Origin: Tubulanus polymorphus
Taxonomy: Eukaryota; Animalia; Nemertea
NCBI RefSeq assembly: GCF_964204645.1
Contig: NC_134035.1
Span: 6,386,001 to 6,450,000 of the forward strand
Length of the DNA stretch: 64,000 bases
Direction of reading: 5' to 3'
Part shown: positions 56,085 to 64,000 of the stretch, piece after piece
Layout: each line of letters starts with the position of its first letter
How positions within the stretch are numbered: position 1 is the stretch's first letter
Notes under the pieces: generated by a model
The model's database searches: none
What the model was told of the DNA's origin: nothing
Seen by the model: the letters and a program-made list of their open reading frames with translations, nothing else
Program-made: the position numbers and the translations under genes

Positions 56085-56718
56085 TTTTTAGCCCACCTTG
56101 GACTTAAGTCCCAGCGGGCTATTGCGTTCTCTTTTTGTCCGTCGTCCGACCATTCGTCCGTCCGTAGACGGAATCCAGTTATTTTGGAACGTTTTGAAGA
56201 GGCTTCAATGTAAAGTCTTGATATTTCGGTTACACATGGATCTACGCTAAACACATTTTCAGCCTAAAAACTGGCCCTGTCAGAATCAAGATGGCCGACT
56301 GGCGACCATTGTTGTTCACCGAAATCAGCACTTTTTACACATTTTTGAAATTTCAAGGGAAATTTAGACGACGCTTTCATCAATTATCATTATCCTTCGT
56401 ATATATGTGTATCCGTCAAGGGCCCATCAGTGTAAGAAAAATTTCAAGGTCATTGGACTTAGGATATGGCCACCAGGGAGCGTTGAATAGTAGAATAACT
56501 TAGTATTTCCATTTACATTGGTATCTAGGCATATTTCGTTGTCACAATCTATTGCAAAATTGTAGCTGGTAGCATGTTCCATCATTGTAGTGAGTTTCAA
56601 GGTAATTGGTTTTTGTATATGGTCACTTAGGGGCGTCGAATATTGAAATTGTTTGATTGTTGAGCATTTTGAACCGGCACTTTCCAAGTGGGCATGGTAT
56701 CCCTGGACCCCTGGTTTT
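56085..56718 (+). mobile_element. Helentron-associated non-autonomous element (HINE/DINE-1-like)
   Basis: T-run start, 5' sub-TIR TAGCCCACCTTGG with nearby inverted GCGGGCTA, (CGTC)n-like microsatellite at ~56136-56165, 3' sub-TIR CCAAGTGGGCA (56684-56694), then a short degenerate GC stem-loop and a T-run. Confidence 0.7.
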
Positions 56719-58375
56719 ATTTTGTCGAAAAATTCCTCAGACTAAGTATGAGTAAATCATTACATACATATTCTCACTAAATCACAGAAATGATGGGCTG
56801 GCAACAAAATATTGCCTGGAAATTGTATATTCTGCAAGTATCACGGTTACCCTATAAGCAGCTTCTGTAGCCGGGACTTGACTGTCCCTGCCTCTCCCTG
56901 CCTCTTTCCTTCCCCTCTTTCGGATGACATGTAGTTTTTAATTTCAAACTGCCATTGGGCAGGTTCATGGCTAGTTATACATAAACTAGATGGAAGCACG
57001 GTAAACGAATATCAGCTCCGTCTATATTGTGTGATGTAGAAATTGCTTAAGGAATCAATGATGACAAAATTCATATCGCCAATTTCTCCGTCGTCTAAAA
57101 CCAGTAACGAGGCTCATTTAGAGTCGGCAGTGAGATCCGATAGGGTAAAAACCATAATCAGAATGCGAAACGGCGACTAATCCTGTTCCGATCGCTGTCA
57201 CTAGTTTCTAGTCGCGTATTGCTGCCAGAAAAGTCGGGATTATGTATATTTCAATCACTGCTTTCTCTCCCGCCTCTCTGTCTCTCTCTCCGTCACTTCC
57301 ACGCCCGATGGTCGTCGAACTGTCGGCATTAATTGTGGCCGAACGCAATGCTAGATGCTGATAGAGATATAGAAATGTGTCTAAACACTCAGATTCACTG
57401 CGCGTACTGCCGTCGCTCTCCAAACACACTGAAAATACCGTTATTACCACTTCCGTGGTGCTGCGAACAGCCAGATGAAATCATGGGAGTAGTCCACTGT
57501 GTGTTCCAAGGGTCTGTTTGGCTCTTAGGACTGGGTGTTCTGTTGCCTGCTGTGTGCGGACGGCTGTGGAGTCCGCTTTGTGGCTATCAGGACTGTATGT
57601 CCTGTTTATTGCTATGTATGCGCTGGATGGCTGTGTTGCTTGCTCTTGGTGGACTAGGACTTTTGTAATTTTTTGCTTTTGGTCATTTGTACGATACGGA
57701 AAGAAGAAAAGAAAAAAGTACCGTTTAGATTTTATTTGATGAATGAACAATGAGTAAAAATGAATCTTAGAGCAGAAAAAAATCTGCCAGGACTGTTGGT
57801 TCTCCATATTCTGAGTGCGTTTTGATTTCCTTTATATTACGTTAGTCCCACCATAGTAAGATTTATGGGCCAAGAAGTTCGTCTATTCTCCGGTTTTAAG
57901 ATCTTTCTCGGCGATGTGGTTTGGTGAATTTTCGATTTTGTGGAGAATTTTAGTTGCGCTCAACGCATGATTTAGTTTGCTTCGTTCGGGCAGGACGCGT
58001 GATATGTTCCCTTTTGCAGTCTCAAGATTTTAGAATGTTCAGTGTTTTGCTTTGTGGCCGGTCAGCTTTTTGTTGCCGCCGCTCGAATATTCCCCTTGGA
58101 ATTACCTTTGATCAATGTCTTTACCGACTTTGAGGTGAAAATATTCAAATCTTAGCAAAGAATTAGGTCGTCTGAAACCTCTATTCGAACCTCTAAGTAA
58201 ATTTGTCAGTTTCTGTTGGTTATATTGCGTCTTAGGACTAAGTGTCCTGCTGCGCGGACGACTGAAGGGCTTCCTTTTCCAGCATCCTCTTCTCGCTGAG
58301 AGCCTTTCCTCTCATGAAATGACTCCAAATGACTACGTATGGCTGTACGTACAAGTATCCAGCACATGAAACAGG

Positions 58376-59832
58376 ATAGATTCATAGATTCAATCTTTGT
58401 TCAGCAAAAACATTTTAAAAAAAACATTGTTTGCAACTGATACAGTTTCGGTAAACCAAGTATATACATAATAGGAGATAAACAAGTAATACAATGAGGC
58501 ATAATTAACACTAATGAGGAAAAACATAATTGAAAATATACAAAACATTAATCGAAGAAATATTAGGACAATGGCAAACCGAGTTTAATAAATTTGGCTA
58601 GCTGAACAATACTGGTTGTAGGGTTTAGGTTGTCGAAAGTGGAGATTAAACTATTTACGTCTAAGATAGATATATTTAATTCCTTTCCCAGATTAGCGAC
58701 TCTTTTACAATGGAACAAAAAGTGACATTCGTCGTCCAACACATTACAGATATCGCGCAAACGTTTTCCTTTTCTATACCGCGGTGTCTACCTTTTTCAA
58801 TTATCAAGCTGTGAGTAGACGTCCGTAATTTAGCAACAGCATTTCTGAGGTTAAAATCTTTTAGCACTAACAAATATCTTTCTAACTTAAAACTTACTTT
58901 AACTGCTTTATAGAAATTATAACGGAAATGACCACTTGATCTTAAGTCCTTTTGCCAGAGATCCATAAAGATAGCTGTCCGACGCTTTCTAATACCCAAA
59001 ATAATGCTATTTGAATAATGCCCCAAATTGTTCCAAACATTTGAGTACCCTAAATTTGATAGAATTGATTTAACGGTAGATATATGATTGAATTTGCCCT
59101 CCCTTTCATCTTTATATTGTTCTAAAAAGGACAAGTAGATCAATGATTTGCTATTACCCGACGACATAACTGACATCCAGTACTTTAAAGCTGACATAGT
59201 GATATCAATATAAAGTGGAACCTCTCCCAAATCACCAAATAGTGGTAAAATCGGAGCCTTAGAATTAAGCTCCATTATGAACCTGAAATATCTTGACTGC
59301 AGCTTTTGAACTACCCATTTGTTATAATGGTTAACCCATATCCGTGAGTGACCCATTTGATTTCTTTAGAAATGAGATATAGGGCAGCACTCCCCAAACT
59401 TCATTACCATACATAACTATTGGTTTGATTAAACTGTTAAAAAGCTGTAGTTGTTGTACAATATATAAATCCTTGAACCCAGGCATTTTAGTTAGATTGA
59501 AAAGCCCTCTTAAACCCTTACTCAACAGTGAGTCTTGTAGCAGATTAAATTTGCCATTAAAAACGGATGTTGAAACCCAGATAATTGCAACTTTTAACAC
59601 AATCTATGACATCATCCTTAGAAATGTAGCTATTTGTGCAGTCTAATTTACCTGCTTTTTTAAATTCAACAATACACGATTTAGGGATATTTACTTCCAG
59701 CCCCACAATTATTTACAGTGGAGCTCAAGTTTAGCTAAATACTTTTTTAGGCCTTTGCTCGAGTGCGAAAGTAAAATAAGATCATCGGCATACATGAGAC
59801 AGGGTACAATATGATCATATAAAACAGGAGGA
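58376..59832 (-). mobile_element. 5'-truncated non-LTR retrotransposon (RT through C-terminus), pseudogenised; RTE-X/CR1-group-like
   Basis: Minus strand PCLMYADDLILLSHSSKGL (YADD at ~59792-59781), LQLFNSLIKPIVMYGNEVWG, LFGDLGEVPL, KLRTSTHSLIIEKGRH, CNVLDDECHFLFHC. Short tandem tail (GAATCTAT) at ~58376-58400. Confidence 0.92.
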
Positions 59833-61444
59833 ATCGTCTACGCGAGACAAACCACATTACTGTCGGCTGTTTGAATACGATTCATTAAATTGAACACAGA
59901 GCTAAAAGTTATTGCTCATCAGTAAACGGTTTAATCAGTCAGGCAAACGACGCTTAGAATTAAAAACATGCATCGCTCCCTCAACCCGCTCCCTCAACCC
60001 GTCCCGTCCTCCTTCGTCTCTTCTTTACTATACTGTTGAGGTGGCGTCGCTACAGTGAACGCATTGAGCATGATGGTGTCGTCATCTCGATGAACCTCAC
60101 CAGTTACTCATCAGCATTGATAAAAACATGCATAATGTGAAGCGAAACATTGGCGATCAATTCATGCAAAACTATTTAAAAAGTCAAAATCTTAAGAATA
60201 TGAATAGTTCTGAGATAAAACGATTGCTAACCTTTGCTCGTAGATGCTTGCATAAAAAAGCTTCAGAGTTTTCGACGCATTTTTTATGCGATGATCTGAC
60301 GTGGTGTATAGAAACTGAAATAGGACCCTAACTAATAAGGGCTAAATAAGATGCCGTGAAGTGGCCTTATATCGTATCCATATTTCTGATATGGTTGTTG
60401 TCGCATCTATTCGGATTTCAAAGACAACATTCTAAAGATTTCTTAATTACGAGAACGATCGATGCTCATATTGCTTTAACGTCGATACACAATATTCGAT
60501 GTATTCATATTACAGGGGTCATATGGTATCTTACACACCTCGTTTCCTATCTTTTTACGTCATTGCTCTTACTGGTCGTTTGTCAGAAAAAGTCCACAAA
60601 ACAACTTCAACACATATATTTCGAGATGGTCAAAACAACTCGGGTTACTATACGTAAGTCTGATGACCTAAATAATACTTCTTGAAAACAAAAAAATACT
60701 TTTGGGCAGAATCGAGCGAAATTTCGGAATAATTCATCGATATATGTAGAGTTAACAACAAATCATCTTTTCTCTTGCCATTCCTTTTCATTTTGACAAA
60801 ACAGTATGGGTTAAACACTAGATTTGCATTAGTGGCTCGCGTGGCTCACTAATAATGAAGCTCGCATTCAGAGGCGTTGTTCCATCCTCGTGCAACTTTA
60901 TCCCCCTAATTATCCTGATTAAATAAATATAGCAATAAAATGTGGAAAATCATGTGGAATTAAGTTTATGGTGTATGATCTGCAGCCTCACGCGATATAA
61001 ATTCACTGGCGTTTTACCTCTGATTTATAGCAAACTTTACGACTAAGGATACTGACTGAGCACGCACCATTAAGCCCAGTTAATAAGATCCCAGCAGCTT
61101 CATAAATCTATATGAAAAGCCGTCTCGCAATCTTAGAAATTGAGATTATTTTCTCTCATAAATGAACGTGCATGTTCGTGTTTGCACGAGTTTGAACCCA
61201 AAAAGTGAACATTCCTTTCCAAATAAGTTTCAGAGACAACAGGGGTGGGTTTCAGGGATCGGCACAACCTGCAGCCGACCCAGCGCGGCTTCCTATGAAA
61301 TATCGTTTTCGTGGGCCAAAAAAATTAATTACGGTAATGTCTTGTTCACGGTTTATAAATTCGGTAGGAATAGTTATTTTGATAAATTCTACTCAAAACG
61401 TGGGCGTAAGTCAACTTACTTCTTGCATTGCTACATAATACTGA

Positions 61445-61600
61445 TGGGTATGCCATCGGTGGTTTTTACGGGTTATTCTCCCTGGTGGTTATTATACTGG
61501 GTATTTCCTTCATGGTTGTTATACTGAGTATTCCCCTAGTGGTCATTATACGGGTATTCCCCGGGTGATTATTGCACTTGGGATGCCCCTCGTGGATATC
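61445..61600. repeat. Diverged minisatellite, ~25-bp unit, ~6 copies
   Basis: Recurring GGGTATTCCCC..GTGGTT.TTATAC-like unit. Confidence 0.75.
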
Positions 61601-64000
61601 AGTGTTTTATTGAGTAAAATGAAATTGATCTATCTAGAATCTTCGACTGGTTGAAACCTTGTCCAGAGATAGTCGAGATGAGTAACTGTTTCTTGTCTGC
61701 CACGTGATGTCGGTGTTGCGCTCATATATTTTTCAACTATCGCGTTCCATACTGAGGTACCAAAGGGAGAAGAGCTGAACTCAAACCCGCTTGACACTGC
61801 GCTCTGATCTACGAAGAATGCTGCAAAATGACAATATCCACACAGAAATATTTGACGACAATAGATCACGGAACGATTTTAGCGCTAATAAATCGAATCG
61901 TTTCCCATGGCCCGAGGCAGCACCGGCATGTCTCCAACTGTGAGCATTGATAGACAGGTTCCGGAGACAAGAGAACCACCAACGTCGTGCGAACGAGCGC
62001 CACTTTCTACATAAACTCTCGAAGGGGAAATACGTTAGTCACGCAATTAACCGCGCACTTTAAACTGTGAAATACACGCCGGATACAGGCAATTATCAGT
62101 ATTATTTGTAAATTAGCTGTGTAGAGTACACACTATTCTCAACGGAATTTTAGGGTAGTTTATATCTTACAAGTTCGGTGGACGCTTGTGACGTTGCTGT
62201 TTTTTTTCTGCGACGAGGGACACTGCGGCAACAAATTCATCATCACTTGTATCATTAACCCTTTGAGGTGAGCAGGTTTGGAGCACCATGAAGGTTGCAT
62301 CCAGATAATCTTTTTTAATTTGACCATCGATACATACCATGGAACAAAGTTGCTATATTTTTATCGACTTCTCGGCAACCAGCCCCAGCCCCTGCTGCAC
62401 GGACGGGGTCCATCGCTACTGCGTCGAGGCGCTCCAGGGAAGGGGTCACCGCCACTGCTTCCAGTGACGGGTCGGAATAAATTTTGTGTTGTTACTCCCC
62501 TTTGTCTCTGTCGCTATGGTTTCAATTATGGCCGACGATGTATAAGAATAATTAATGACATTGCACGCTTGTAAAACGATACCTCCGTACTGCGCCGCGA
62601 CTCCCAGAAAAAATATGGAAACGCCGATCTATGCGTCTTCGACTCGGCGTTAGTGGTAAATCCCTCGGATATTGTCGGTACTCGTCGGTTGTGTTTTGTA
62701 TCGATATTTCCCACAAACGTCAACTACAGCAGACGACAAAAAATTCCCCGGGTTTCCTCGTTATGCATTATTAATAGTGCTTCGTCGACTCATTGTGAAG
62801 CTTTCAGTTCGAAAAAATCGGTCTTCTGGCAAAATTACGAATCGACAGGACACTGAAGCGTTGGTGTAGCGTGGCTTTTGTCAAATCGTGCAGATTGCGT
62901 TTTCATCACGTGAAGATGACGTGTCACATTGACGACGGTAAAGGACATAACACGTGATCAACATGACAGATATCCAGATTTCATAATTTCACCCCTTGCA
63001 CTTAAGAAAAAAAAGCTATGACGTCGCGTACACGGCCCTTTAAAACCAATGAGAATTCGTTATATTAAGTTTTCTCCTTAGAAAACATTTTCATCCAAAG
63101 GTGTGGCTTCGTAATTTTAAAAGCCTCTCGCCTTTCACGAAAACGTGCTGCTACCAGCATCGATTTAAGTTGAAATTCCGTCTGATTCGTATACATGCGT
63201 ATAATGTATTTTGAATGTATATATTGCACAAAGCGATATATTGAACAAGTTTACGAGACATAAATTGAAATCTAGCACCGTTACCAAAGGCGTTTTTTAT
63301 GAAGTTCTAAACGATATCGAATAGAAATTATCGAACATTAGTTCGGTGCGGATACGTATATATACACGGCTACATACACGTGCATGAAACCGAGGCCTTA
63401 AGTTATATCACCATCAAAGCCACATGTTCTGTACCTGAAGAGAAAAATGAACTTGTATCAGTCAGATGCCATCCGATCCGACTATGGACACACCGGCTTA
63501 GTACTAACTAACGAGAAGGAATACAAATATTACAGTCGATATTAAACAGCCCATATTACCGCCCGCATTTATCTGCGAATTTTGACTTGAATTGTGGAAA
63601 TTGTCTTCAGTAATCGATTTCTACCTTACTTATTATTAGGCCATGAGGCCAGTTGCACAGCCAAGGTTTAGCACGTAAAAATTGGACTAGTTCTATTGTC
63701 ATACAAATCGTGGCCATATATAAGATATTCTAATCAGTCCATAACATATGACTGATTTCCGAGAAGCGCAACCTGGGTAAAAACATGCTGGATATGTGGA
63801 TCCAGCTACATACAAGGGCTACCACGTAAAAAGTATTGATGTACCGAAATGGCTTAACCGACGATAAAGTTCTTTCATAGTCCCCTGGTGGCAGTTGCAC
63901 GAACTAGTCTGTCGCACATGCTCTCCGTGCGACCTATAGATCAATAATTTCGTTATTACTTGGTTGATCTACCTTTATGCATCAAATTGTTCAGTTAGGA

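Noticed and set aside
57333-57739. Hydrophobic/Cys-rich ORFs resembling a membrane or signal peptide
   Set aside because: A GT-biased composition yields hydrophobic translations in two frames. There is no recognisable domain or splice structure.
61445-61600. Regularly spaced short repeats (also 5681-5905) as a possible CRISPR array
   Set aside because: The units are contiguous and degenerate without unique spacers, there are no cas genes, and the context is eukaryotic.
63770-63860. TCWICG peptide reminiscent of retroviral env CWxC motifs
   Set aside because: The motif is very short, sits in a frame with nearby stops, and has no LTR, gag or pol context.

Overview
Eukaryotic, animal-like (probably invertebrate) genomic DNA of roughly 40% GC, almost entirely non-coding. 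I could not identify any host protein-coding exon, rRNA or tRNA gene. Most ORFs in the supplied track are chance or microsatellite translations. The window is dominated by repeats: several decayed 5'-truncated non-LTR retrotransposon (LINE) ends, a non-autonomous Merlin/IS1595-type element with intact TIRs and an 8-bp TSD, MITEs, a Helentron-associated (HINE/DINE-1-like) element, a poly(A) retroposon present in two copies, and long microsatellites. The standout is a 2,111-bp very AT-rich insertion at 50273-52383. It has a 6-bp TSD (GAGAGG), 5'-AGT...ACT-3' termini and ~410-bp TIRs, which are Polinton/Maverick hallmarks. Each end also folds into a ~150-nt hairpin. It encodes no integrase, polymerase or capsid, only two apparently paralogous small proteins (possibly OB-fold/SSB-like, one with a Zn-finger tail) and two micro-ORFs with single hydrophobic segments. 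All family assignments are by-eye motif recognition; no searches were run.
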